Shown: positions 1 to 11,783 of the stretch, one piece after another
How the letters are laid out: every line of letters begins with the position of its first letter
Position numbering within the stretch: position 1 is the first letter of the stretch
NCBI GenBank assembly: GCA_964270895.1
Contig: OZ185446.1
Reading direction: 5' to 3' (one strand)
DNA: 64,000 nt
DNA from: Podarcis filfolensis
Taxonomy: Eukaryota
The notes under the pieces: model-generated
Databases searched by the model: none
Seen by the model: the letters and a program-made list of their open reading frames with translations, nothing else
Told to the model about the DNA's origin: nothing
Position numbers and translations under genes: made by a program

Positions 1-1
1 C

Positions 2-331
2 CGGAACTGTGTTCTGACATTGGCTCTTTACTCCTCCAAGGATGTCCTTGAGGATTCAGAAGAGGAAGAGTTGGAGGAGGAGAAATTGAGCAGGGGCTTC
101 TTGGTGACAGGGAGCACAGACTGCACTGTCAAGGTCTGGTGGGTGTCCAGTGGGCGCTGCCACCAAACCCTGCTGGGACACACTGGGGCTGTCTTATGTC
201 TTATACTTGATGCTCCAAACAGGGAGCTTTTTTCAGGCAGCACTGATTACACCATTCGGACTTGGAACATCGTGACTGGCGAGCAGCTCAGAGTGTTCAA
301 AGAGCATCAAGGATCTGTCATTTGCCTAGAG
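2..331 (+). CDS. WDR86: WD repeat-containing protein 86, internal coding exon (5' end lies upstream of the window)
   Basis: Frame from nt 2 reads RNCVLTLALYSS...FLVTGSTDCTVKVW...LLGHTGAVLCLILD...FSGSTDYTIRTW...FKEHQGSVICLE (WD40 repeats matching recalled WDR86); donor GAG|gtaagt after 331, phase 0. Confidence 0.95.
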
Positions 332-1215
332 GTAAGTGACTTGATATTGGCCTGGTTTGTATATAACACTAAACCATGGTTTGTTTAACCAAAGTGTCCT
401 TTGTTTGAATGTCGGGACCCAGCCCAGCAGACTAACCACAGCTTGTTTTTGTTTTCTGGGAACAATCAGTGATGTGTTTTGTAGTTGGCTAACACACCAT
501 AGATTGTTTGGTGGCACACTGGAATCCAGGTGTCTTGCTTAGCCTTGGTTTGTTTGACCACAGCACCCCAAATGCATGCCAAACTACAGAGGCATGAGGC
601 AAGAGCAGCTGGAAAATGAACCAAGCTTCGGAGAATGAACCACAGCTTCTTTGAATGTATGCAAGGTGACTCATGTACAAGCAATGGTTAAGGCTTAGCA
701 TTATGTGCAAATGTAGCCACTCACTAAGGCCAGTGTTGCTGCTTGGAGCAACTGGGCAACCAAGTAGGGTAGCATTTGTTGGGAAGAGAAAGCAGCAGAG
801 GAAGCCAGTGTGATAAAGGACTTCTATAGTAATGGAACTAATGTAAGGAATGGCCCAAGTAGCGGCTGTTAACTTATCCCAGTATCGTATGCTTAAATAA
901 GGTATTTCCTGACAGATTGCAATACATACGTGGAGAGATTCAGGAAAAGTAAAGCAACTGTCAGAGTGTGTACACAAATGAGATGAACTGAAGAGCTCCA
1001 TGACAAAGAAAAGAAGTAGGATAGTCTTCTGCATCTGACTGGGGTGGAGCACATCCCTGAGAACTGTGGTCAGAAGGAACTTCTGAGCAACTCTCTTCTA
1101 GGTTTCTTTGGTCAGATAGATACAGAAATAGCCTTGAACAGCTGCATATATGCGGAGCATGTCTGTCAACTACTCTGGGATTTTATTTTCCTTGCATTGA
1201 GGCAAGAGCTATGTA

Positions 1216-1217
<2 letters not shown>

Positions 1218-1297
<80 letters not shown>
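1218..1297. repeat. Compound (GT)n(GA)n microsatellite
   Basis: Pure GT run followed by pure GA run. Confidence 0.98.
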
Positions 1298-1299
<2 letters not shown>

Positions 1300-1310
1300 A
1301 ATTCTAGGAA

Positions 1311-1488
1311 GAACATAGGAAGTATCCTTATACTGAGTCAGACCCTTGGTCCATCTAGGTCAGTATACACTGGCAGGTAGTGGCTCTCCAGGAATTCAGA
1401 CAGCATTCTCTCCTGGCCTTCTCTGGAGATACCGGATATTGAACCTGAGAGCTTCTGCATGCAAAGCAGCTGCTCTGTCACTGACCCA
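1311..1488 (-). mobile_element. tRNA(Ala)-derived squamate SINE, diverged
   Basis: Similar to copies near 7798-8310, 9860-10020, 15870-15990 and 37430-37595 (ccttatactgagtcagacc..ggtccatctag..ctctccagg; head gggccatagctca..tgctttgcatg). Confidence 0.6.
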
Positions 1489-2629
1489 TGACATTTGTGG
1501 TGCGGTAACCATTGAAAAAGGCAGCTGTGCAGGCATGGTTCCATGTGGGAAGCTGTGAAAAGCCATGCAACCCTGTGAAAAATATATTTGTATAATTGCA
1601 AGGGAAGGGACCACAGAAAGTTGGAGCGGGAGATAAATTATCACTGTAAGCATGTTCTATCCACCACAAAGGTCTCTTCAATGTTATGATTTGTAGACTA
1701 GTAGAGTGAGTAATGCTGGCCTTGGGCATAGAGAATGCAGGTTGAAATCCTGCTCAGCAATGACGCTCACTGAACAGCCTTGAGAAAGTTGCCAAGCTGG
1801 CTCACAAGCACATGTCCATCACCACTCAGGGACTGCAGCACGAACGGGTGTTTTCTTCATGTTGAGTTGTCACAAAACAAATGCTAAGGACAGAACCCAG
1901 TTACCTCATGTCAACGGTGTTTTGCCTTTTAGTGGCATGAATCCACATGTTCAGCTGTGGCTCATCAGGTCATAGTGTTGAGGAGCTGAATAAGGCACGT
2001 GCCTTGGGTGTACTGCCCAAAAGCTTCCGACACCTACCTCACAGGATTGTTGCAGAGATTAACTGACACCGTGATCTCATTGAGGAAATGTTATAAAAAC
2101 GAATAAGCGTGAGGACTGTACCTGACTGCATGACTGCGTTTAAAACAGGGCACTTTCAATGGATGGTTTAGCAAGACATTGATCAGGAAGCAGCTGTTAC
2201 TTGCTCCATGCAGTGGGATAACTACAAGGTAGAGATAGATAATCTTGTCTTCTACACGTTGTTTTTGCGAACGCCTGTCCAGTAGTGGAAATGAGTAGGT
2301 GTCAATTTAAGCTTTCCAGGGTTGAGTCAGTCATGTGTGGACAGTGTTATCTGTGATTCCATGAAACATGTTGATGTGAACATGGCCAGGGATGAGTGAG
2401 AGGAGAAGCTGCACTGGCCTGCTGGAAATTAAATGGCTAAGGCTCTTCCACATGTTTTATGGGACGGCATGAAGCAAGTGAAATGGGATGAAAGCCATCC
2501 CATGTAGTATTGACAACACGACCTGAGAAATTTGTCAAATGAGTTTTCACCTAGTTCTCCCTTTCTTTGGGCTATGAAGATACTGCAAGCGCCATTGAAC
2601 AAAGGGTTGCAAGCTCCGCTGGTGTGAAG

Positions 2630-2761
2630 CAGCGGAACCTCTGGCCCTCCAGATGTTGTAGTGCAACTCCCATCATCCCTGACCACTGAGCATGCTGGCT
2701 GGGGCTGAATGGAGTGGGAGCCCAGCAAGTTCTGGAGGGCCAGAGATGCTTCCCATCCCTG
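2630..2761. mobile_element. hAT-type palindromic MITE
   Basis: ctggccctccagatg...ctggagggccag inverted arms; near-perfect 8-bp TSD gtgtgaag/gtgtaaag. Confidence 0.7.
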
Positions 2762-4211
2762 GTGTAAAGGACGGACGCCTCCATGCTGTCTGCTTCTCTA
2801 GCTGTCCACACAGCAGAAGTGATTGCGGGGGACCTGCCTAGCCAGCTTCACGATGCAGCGTGCGAATGCCACAGAAGGCTAGAGCATCTGTCTTTTAGGA
2901 GCTCAGGCAGTTGCCACTCTGCAGACATTCCCTAAGAGGTACGAGCGCAGTTGTACTCCTTGTTTTCCGTGATCTGCTGTGCTTTTCTCCAACAGCCGCT
3001 CTGTTGGGAAATTAGCCAGAGTGAACAAAGCCTTTTCCAATGCCAGCCAAGAAAAACACAGCAACAAAGCCGTTTGCTGCTTCTTCAAGCCACAGGCAGA
3101 TTATAATTGGGATTTGTGTCTCCCCAGCTATTTTATTTTTTAAAAAATCAGGCATTGTTGGGGTTTGGATAAGTTTGGAAGAAACCTATGGTGGAAAGGG
3201 CTCTTTCCCGCTTCTCCCTTCCCTTGCTAATCACGGGAAATTAATCTCTGCTCTTGTCGATGAAAGGCATGCCTGTCTTTCTAATGAAAGAAATTAAAAG
3301 CACGTTTCGCAGAGATTGGCCACTTTATTTTATCTTGACATAAATGAAGCAAAAATCGTGTATAGGCTTTCCTGTAACACACTTGGTATGTGCCTCACGA
3401 TATAGGATACCTTAAGCCCTACGGCTGCAGTTGTTTTTCCATTCCATTAGCCAAATGACTGTTGTGGGAGGTTGCATGAAATGTTTCTTTTATTTAAAAT
3501 AATGGATCTCTTCTGGAAGCAAGCATTCCTTCAGGAGGAGGGGGAGGGGGAACCTGCACCAAACTGAAGTCTTCTGAACAAGAAAGTTTGCTGTTTTGTG
3601 GGTTTCTTGCCTATGTATGTTTTCTGTAGAGGAAAATAGCTGACAATATGAATAGGTAGGAGACACTGGCTTTGGTAATGGAGTGTGTAGCTTCTCAGAG
3701 GCCTCATCCAGACTTCCTTTTGTGTCACATTTCTAGGAACTCGTCTGCTCTTTAAAGCTATGTGTTGGAGCACTTTTTTGTTTGGCCTGGTGCTTTTCCC
3801 CATGAAAACCCGCTTTTTTACATCTGCATTGGAGAAAATGGCAATCTGCAGAAAACCCGAATTGCTGCTTGTTCAGATTCAGCATTAAAAAGCAGTTTTT
3901 ACTGAGGAAAGCAGTGGGGGGGGGGAGGTGCTCTGACACCATACTTTAAAACATGGACCTCTGCCTAGAAAGCACGGGGTGAAATGTTAAGTGTAGATGA
4001 GCCCAAAGTTTTGTATCTGACCCTACATTTTAAAACACTGCTTGCTATTAACTAAATACATATAGATTTGCTTGTTTATAATCCTGAATTGAATTGCCAC
4101 CTCCAGTCTATGTTACCCAAGTCATTGTGTTAGTCATTCTAGTCCACTGCCTTTTAAATTAGAAACATATACAAGGGATTCTTTGTACCTCCGTTTTCTG
4201 AGGAACAAATA

Positions 4212-4428
4212 CAGTCGTACCTTGGTACCTTGCGACTCAGAACGCCACAAATCCGGAAGTGAGTGTTACAGTTTGCAAACGTTCTTTGGAACCTGCATGT
4301 CCAACGTGGCTTCAGTTGGTTGCAGGAGCTTCCTGCAGCTGATCAGAAGCCGCGCCTTGGTTTCCGAATGTTTTGGAAGTCAAATGGACTTCCAAAACGG
4401 ATTCCGTTTGACTTCTGAGGTACTACTG
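4212..4428. mobile_element. Tc1/mariner (pogo/Tigger-like) MITE
   Basis: TA|cagtcgtacct...aggtactactg termini. Confidence 0.65.
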
Positions 4429-5141
4429 TGCAGTCATTACCTCTTCTACAGACTCTATTGGTTGTTAAGCTCAGCAGAGGTGGCCCTCTAAGTAGGTCTA
4501 CTGTTCTAAGAAGTTCAGGAAGTTATTGAATTCCTTCCCCACAGAGGTGCATCTAGCATATTCATTATGCTGAAATGCAACTCTTTACCCTGGCCTTTGC
4601 CATCTGACACACCCACCCACACACACACACACACCTTCCTTTCTTGTGAGTGTCACTTGTTTTAAACTGTTTTTAATACTCTATTGTCGCATGCCACCCC
4701 AGTCTCTGAATGGTGAGAGATTCCAGGGGTTCCAGGTGCTCACCCAGGATTCGTGTTTCCTTTTGGGAATGAGGCACAGCGGAGACTGTGGGGTCTTCAT
4801 GATACGTGGTTTATTTACAGATATATGCAAAGGGATGGAGCTTCACTAGCTTTAAAGGATCTGCTCCTAATTATACTAGCGGAGTGAGAGCTATTTCATC
4901 TGTTCCTCTTTGACATCTCAAAGCCATTTGGAGGCCCACTGGGAGCCCTGGCTGCGTGCAGAACATAAGATCAGAGGTCTGTGTTAGAGCTCCAAAAGCT
5001 GTGCTGCTTTCTACATTGCAATCATATCATTGAATTGTGTCATCGTTTTTCTTTTTGCAGGGGGAAGGTAGCGCCAAAATGACCATGACTCCAAACAATG
5101 CTCCCTCGCGAAAGTGATCTTTCCTCTCTTTCCCCTCTTAG

Positions 5142-5277
5142 CTTGTGAATCGGCGCTTGTATTCAGGGAGTGCAGACAGGACGGTGAAATGCTGGTTGGC
5201 CGATACCGGGGAGCGAGTCCGGACATTCAAGGCTCACAAGCACAGCGTCAGCACTTTGAAATACCATGCTGGAATAT
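5142..5277 (+). CDS. WDR86: WDR86 coding exon (136 nt)
   Basis: Acceptor ttcccctcttag|, reads LVNRRLYSGSADRTVKCWLADTGERVRTFKAHKHSVSTLKYHAGI, donor T|gtaagt; phases join both neighbours. Confidence 0.95.
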
Positions 5278-7906
5278 GTAAGTTCCAACAAACCCTCCCA
5301 ACTGCCTTTTCTCATCTTGTCCACTGGCAACACATATGTTGGTCCAGGAACGACCTTCCTTATAGCAGAATTTTGCCACAACTATCCAAGTCCTGAGGGT
5401 ATGAAGGAGACAAGCATCCCCATGCTATGCTCCTTCTTTTGTTAAGTAAGCCAACAACACAGACCTAGCCAGAGACTCATGAAGAGTTTTAGCGCTCCTT
5501 ATAAAAAGGGTGTCACACATCTTGTTTCAGATTTTGAATTTTCTTTCCTCTCATCCCTGATGCCATTTTGCTCACCTGGCACACTTTGCTAGAGTTGAAG
5601 ACACACTTATATTTTTAGACCAGGCCTGTGAAATTGCTTTTGTGTATGTTGCAGAGCTTGTAATGGCACCGCTTAGCAACTTTGGTGATTAAGTGGTATA
5701 TAAATAGTTGAAAGTAAGTAATAAGTAAATGGCTGCAAACAATAAAAATCTGACTGACAGATGTTGCAAGAAGTGAAAGCAGATGAGTATTGATGAAAAA
5801 TTCCTGTTAGGGATGTAGATTGTGAATGAGTGACATCTTTTCAAAAACTTAGCAGTGGTTATTGCTTTAAATCTCATTTTGGTGGCTTGCTATGGTCTTG
5901 GTTAAACCAGTTTTCCAGGCATTTGTGGAAAAACTATACTGCAGAAAAACCAAATACCTCCTAGAACAGAAGTGAGGAATTCACAGCCTGTGGGCCAATC
6001 CTGGCCTGCTAGAAAATCCAGTTTGGCTTACAAGGCCATTTCACCCAAACCATGCCCAGCTGATGTCACGCTGATGGGTGAGTGATGTCAGCTGATATAC
6101 AAGGGCAGGGCTTTGATTGAGTTTACTTATATGTCACTTTTCCACAACAAGTTGTGCCCAAAGTGGCTTACAGCAAACATTCAAAGCATTAAAAGTACAA
6201 ATATACAAAATATAGTATATGTCAGTAAATTCAAAATAGCAAAAATCTGTAGTTTAGGAAACACATAATAAACTCAACATTACAAAGAAAAAACCAATCT
6301 AGGCTTAAGAACATAAATACAAAGCAAAAATAAAATTTTCCATTGGTTGCACCCCGTTTCCTACAGGGTTGGGGCTGTGCACCCAAAGTAGCAGGATGTA
6401 ACCCCTTTTCTCATCACCTGATGCGGTTAAATCCTGCTCAGACGCCTGCAGAGAGCAGGACTGAAGTCTTTGCTCATCAGGTGAAGGGAACACACTGGCA
6501 TAGCACACAGTCCCGCCCCCGTCAACTTTGACAGGTAGGCAGGACCACCCAGATATCAGTAGCCTGATGCCATTATGACATCAGATGATTGACAGATGGG
6601 TCAGCCGAGCCAGCTGTCATATTTCCATGGGGGTGTGGGGAGATAAGGATCTGGCATGTCAGGCTAAAAAGACTCCCTACCCCATCGTAGAAGCATGTAG
6701 GTTTTGGCATGAGCTCCCTGGAATGGATCCATGTAGCCCAGAGTTCTGGCCTGCAGAGAGGGGACTCTGTAACTTGAAGGCTGGAATCCCTTTCAGCTGC
6801 ATGGTAGGTAATGAGCATATTGAGTTGCGGCGGCAAGGAATTACATTAGCAGCTAACTTCCTCCTCATGCTCTCACTGCCCATGGTCCAGGTGGCTTCAT
6901 TCCAATGGGGCTTTAATCAGAGATGTGGCTGGCAGATTATGCCCTTGGCATTAGCTGCTACCACTTAAAAGCCAAGTGTTAAATTGGGGCTCTTCCCCGG
7001 CTGGCAGTACCCTACCTTGCTAGCCCAAAAGATTAAGATGCATAGCCACACTGCAAATTATATTATGCTCCCCCCCCCACCTTCAATTGATGTTGAGGGT
7101 ACTTTAAGGCAATTTTGGGCTGCAAGTGCAGAGGTATTCTGAGCTAGGTCTTTCTTTATTTTTTGCCCCCTGTGCACCCTTGGCCTTGGTAGAAAAGCAG
7201 AACAGTCAGTTGTTCATCCAGAGATAGTCACACTCTCCCCTTCTGTAGCAGCAGACCAAGGCCTTTGCGTTTAAGGAATAAATGCTTCCAGATGGCACAA
7301 AATCATCCTGGCAGTTGGCAAACTTGGACTGTTCTCCTGATCTCTGTTAAAAAAACCACCCAACAACGTAGTAATTGGATGTAAAGTAATAAATGTTCTC
7401 AGAGGGCGTTACTGGCTTTGCATGCCTTTTTTCTACATATACCCAATTTGATACCCCTTTCAGACTTTATTCATGCTGACACAACCCCAGTTGCATACTG
7501 GATGTGCAGCAAGCATACAGCTGAAGTGGCATGATTTGTGCTGAAAACAGCTGCGGTTGTGTTTTGATGCCCATTCTGCATCAACAGGTTTCCTTCCCTC
7601 TTAGCCTGGGCATGCTAGAATTGAAAGGGTAGAGAGGATGTTTGCCTACCTGAAGTAATCATACCAGAAAGCATCCTTGGCAACTAAAGCCAGGAGTCTA
7701 CCCCTTTCAGCCTGAGCTGCAAAAAAGTTGCTGGCTCTAGAATGCTTTAGTAATGCATTCCTTCATGTCTTGTCATCCTAACACCGTAGCCAGTCAAGTG
7801 CTCCCTTATTCTGAGCCCGAGCACATGCACACGAAAGCTCATACCAATAACATAAAATTTTTTTTCCTTCCAGTAGCACCTTAAAGACCAACTAAGTTAG
7901 TTCTTG

Positions 7907-7944
7907 GTATGAGCTTTCGTGTGCATGCACACTTCTTCAGATAC
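7907..7944 (-). ncRNA. Second minimal hammerhead motif (mirror copy on minus strand)
   Basis: Exact reverse complement of 7959-7996. Confidence 0.6.
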
Positions 7945-7958
7945 ATCTGTGTATCTGT

Positions 7959-7996
7959 GTATCTGAAGAAGTGTGCATGCACACGAAAGCTCATAC
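7959..7996 (+). ncRNA. Minimal type-I hammerhead ribozyme motif (Penelope-associated)
   Basis: gtat-CTGAAGA-a-gtgtgcatgcacac-GAAA-gc-TC-atac: core CUGANGA/GAAA, palindromic stem II, AGCU stem III, stem I GUAU/AUAC; one extra A after the core. Confidence 0.6.
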
Positions 7997-9633
7997 CAAG
8001 AACTAACTTAGTTGGTCTTTAAGGTGCTACTGGAAGGAAAAAAATTTTTTTGTTTTGACTATGGCAGACCAACACGGCTACCTATCTGTAACTGAACCAA
8101 TAACATAGTTGGTCTCTAAGGTGCTACTGGAAGGAATTTTTTTTTTATTTTGTTTTGACTACGGCAGACCAACACGGCTACCTACCTGTAACTAGCTCAG
8201 TATTGTTTGCAGAGAGTGGCAGCAACTCTCCAGGGTTTCAGGCAGGAGTCTGGAGATACCAGCCATCTAACCTGCAGGCAAGACATGCTCTTTGCCACTG
8301 AGCCATGGGCCTTGACCTCTTGAGATATGTTTTAGCTTTGAATGCAGAAAACAGGAGCTTAAGGATGAATTGGACGTCGTGTGTAATTCACTCCTAATGC
8401 CCTTCCCTTCCCAATACACCTAACAGAGGCTGTGCCACTCTTTGCAACCCAGAACTATTTGCCACCTAGACCCATTAATAAGAATTCATTGCTAGATGGG
8501 AGGAGAAAGATCCCATGTGAGTGCTGTGAGGAGCTATTACCTCTGTGGGTGGTAAAGGGCAAAGAATTGCCTTTAAGAGAGGACTCTAAATTTGACAGGC
8601 ATGGCACCATTCTGGACCCTTCGGAAGCCTTTTCTTGCTTCATAGCATATCTGGATTGTAAGTGCAACCTTTGTTTGATTATGTTTATCACAGGAACCCT
8701 GTGATTATGGGTGTCTATAGCAGGATACCTTTTCAAAGTAAAAAAATGCCCTGGGTTAATTGAATGAAAAAGAATATTTAACACATTCCAAATAGAAATG
8801 CCCCTTTTTAGAAGACACTAAGATTAAAAATGACTTGCTCTGTTGTTCAAACAATTAATTAAAGAAAAGAAAATCTCATTCTGCTTGCTAAGTGATTCAT
8901 TGTTTGTGTTACATCCTGTGGTATATTTGGTCTTCGTGCCTAACTGATAGAAAAGGAAATTACATGGCTATATAGGGTGTTTAGCTTTGATTTAATTTAT
9001 AATTGATGTCATAAATTCTTATTGATGTCATAAATTTTAAGGCTTTTTTTTTTTTTTTTGCATGTGCCAGTTGTTTCCATCTTTGGTATTTGGTGAATGC
9101 TTATAAATTTTAAAAAATGTAAAGCTGAGGGGTGCCAAAATATATATGACAGTTGGATTCAGTTCCCCTCCTTGTGAATTTCACTAAGAGAATTGGGAAA
9201 AGTGCCTATCTAAGCCTACCTTGCAAGTTTGTTGTGAGGATAAAAAGCGAAAAAATACATTACGACTCCCCTGACATATATTATTATTTTACTGAGTGCT
9301 ATATTCAGCCTCAGGGTGGATTATCAAATTAGAATTAGCTATCAAAAATGGGAATTAGCTGAAAATAATTCCCAAAGGGTTGGCACATTTACCTTCTCTG
9401 TTCCACCCCTTCCTCTTATAAGACTCACTTTAGGCTACAACCCTGAACCGACTTATCAGGGAGTAAGTTCTGATGAATTCAATGACACTTATCTTGTGTA
9501 GTTTGAATCTTCGCTTTGTTGCCTGCCGAGCTGACTCTTTGGGTTGAAAATAGGAGAAAACAAACATTTTAATAGCAAACGAATAAAAAAAAAGTTATTC
9601 TGAAAAGGTCCCTCATCCTTGTTTTCATTACAG

Positions 9634-9737
9634 TGTTTACAGGAAGTGGTGACGCCTGTGCCCGAGCTTTTAATACCAAGACCGGCATCCTGCAAAGAGT
9701 GTTCCGAGGTCACAAGCTGGTTATTAACTGCATCCAG
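9634..9737 (+). CDS. WDR86: WDR86 coding exon (104 nt)
   Basis: Acceptor ttcattacag|, reads (L)FTGSGDACARAFNTKTGILQRVFRGHKLVINCIQ, donor CAG|gtgagc. Confidence 0.95.
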
Positions 9738-11148
9738 GTGAGCCTCACAAAGAGCAGCTGCACAACACTTGGCTGTAGCTCTGTGGGTCAGGAATGGTTT
9801 GGTGTCACTTCCTTTACAACCGCTTAAGGGTTCCTTCTGTTAGCTATTAATGGCAGGCTGGGCCATAGCTCACTTTTATAACACATGCTTTGGATGCTGA
9901 AGGCCCCAGGTTAAATCCTCAGCATCTCCAGGTAGGCTAGAAAAGAGCATTGAAAAGCCCCTTCCTGCTGGTCCAGACAAAGGCTCAGCCAGATGGAACA
10001 ATGGACTGACATTGTTACCTATATTCATTGATTGTTGTGCAGTGATGGATGTGGATGATTCTTTAAAAAAAGGCTCTATTGCGGGGAAAAATTGTTTCCT
10101 TGCTCATAGAGTCACCCTATGAAGTTGATTTGCTTAGGCAGCTTTAAAATAAGTTCCAGACCCATCCATGGTCCCTGGGTCCTAAGTTAATTCACAATAT
10201 CCAGCCAAATGTTGCTTAGGCAACCTGGGGATTCAAGCCAGCCCCCGTAGACTTCATACCTGGCTGCTTGCTGTAACCCCAGTCTGCAGGCTCTCAGTGA
10301 GCTAAGGCACATGCAAAAAAGCTCTTTCACCCATTCCTCCCCAGTAAACAGAAGTGGACTCTTTAGCAGAGCCCTCTCATAATTATGCACCCAACATGCC
10401 TGAGATGAAGGCCAAAAGCTTCCGTCAGAGTGAGCAGCGAGAGAGGCATTGGCTGTTCTCTTCTGTTATGCACTCACATTCGTGAGCCAAGATCGGCACA
10501 TGGCAGTGAGCAGCTCCCTGGAAAAAAACAACGCTCTATTGCTCTTTTGTGCTGCATGGAGTGGGGTGAGTCAAGAGCCCTTTGTTTTTTGGATGGAGCC
10601 CGCAGGAAGTGGGAGCCGGGAGGTCAAGATAATGGTGCCTCTTCAGGTTTCGTTACATTTGAAACACTTTATTAAAAATTACTTAGGTGTTTAAGTATAA
10701 ATAAAATGAGGATTGCATCTCCTGCCACTATCGGTTTGAAGCTGGGTTCACGCACTGGGTGTTGTGTCTGCTTCTGAGTGGTAGGCATGAGCAGGCCACC
10801 TCTGCCAGACTTGGTTCCTTCTGTGCTTGCCACACTTCCTTCTCCTCACGCTGGAGGCAGGGTGAGGGGGAATAAAGGAGTACTTCCCGTTTTCTTTGTG
10901 TGCTCCCTTTGGTTGCACATGAACAGGTCCTGCCTCTGACAAAACTGTGGGTGTCTTTTTACCTGTCACGTATCACAGATGTGGGGAACCTTTGGTGCTC
11001 CAGATGTTGCTGATCTACAACTCCCCTGAAAAGCATATTTGGGGAAGCAGTGTGAAGGTTGGGGTGTGTGTCAAATTTTGCCGAGGGCTAATCAAAAATG
11101 GCATTGAGGGCCACATATGGCCCTTGGGCCGCAAACTGAACCACCATA

Positions 11149-11347
11149 CAGTCATACCTCGGGTTACAGACACGCCAAAACCCAGAAGTACCGGAACGGG
11201 TTACTTCCGGGTTTCAGGGGTCGTGCATGTGCAGAAGCACCGAATCGCAACCCACGCGTGCGCAGATGTGCCGCTGTGGGTTGTGAACGCTGTGGGTTGC
11301 GAACGTGCATCCTGCATGGGTCACGTTCGCATCCCGAGTGTCCACTG
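11149..11347. mobile_element. Tc1/mariner-type MITE
   Basis: TA|cagtcatacctcggg...cccgagtgtccactg|TA. Confidence 0.7.
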
Positions 11348-11564
11348 TACAATGAAATAATAAAGGAGGCGGTTGCTTTACACCTCTGTAACCAGCCTCC
11401 CCGCCCCCCCAATCTGGGATTGGACTCAGAAGGAAGGGAGAAAACCCCGCTCCACAAATGGGTTGTACAAAAAAAAGGAACAGAGAAGCTGCCTCTTTGC
11501 TTCTGTGTGCTGTGTTGTGACTATGGTTAAGCTGTCCTTTTAAAATACGGCACTTTTGTTCCAG

Positions 11565-11783
11565 ATTCACAACGAATTACTGTACACGGCCTCCCACGAC
11601 GGCACACTAAGGATCTGGGACATACGGCAGGTCAGCAAGCGGAGCAAGAGGCGCTGGAAGGAGAGGTCGATCCAGGGCAGGCGTTCTCAGAAGGGAAGCC
11701 TGTCTCGGCTCTTCAACAACAAAGTGGGCTGCATGGTGCACCAGGAAAACAGGGGGGAGCAGGAGGCCGTGGAGCTCGTGTGA
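11565..11783 (+). CDS. WDR86: WDR86 last coding exon
   Basis: Acceptor cttttgttccag|, reads IHNELLYTASHDGTLRIWD...SLSRLFNNKVGC...ELV* (SLSRLFxNKVGC is the recalled WDR86 C-terminal motif). Confidence 0.95.
   Translation: MHNELLYTASHDGTLRIWDIRQVSKRSKRRWKERSIQGRRSQKGSLSRLFNNKVGCMVHQENRGEQEAVELV

Larger units (their letters stand above)
7821..8193. mobile_element. Penelope-like retroelement terminal-repeat cluster (inverted plus direct repeats)
   Basis: Arms 7859-7945 and 7958-8044 are perfect reverse complements; direct repeat 8010-8093 / 8106-8193; sequence ttccagtagcaccttaaagaccaac..gagctttcgtg resembles reptile Penelope ends as I recall them. Confidence 0.8.

Noticed and set aside
350-720. 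Repeated AAACCATGGTTT-type palindromes (also near 19300-19770, 44640-44960, 62440-62610) as a CRISPR-like or regulatory array
   Set aside because: No regular repeat-spacer periodicity; the shared block gaggcaagagcagctggaaaatgaaccaagctt (597-629 and 44850-44882) shows a dispersed, decayed non-autonomous transposon family whose ends I could not define
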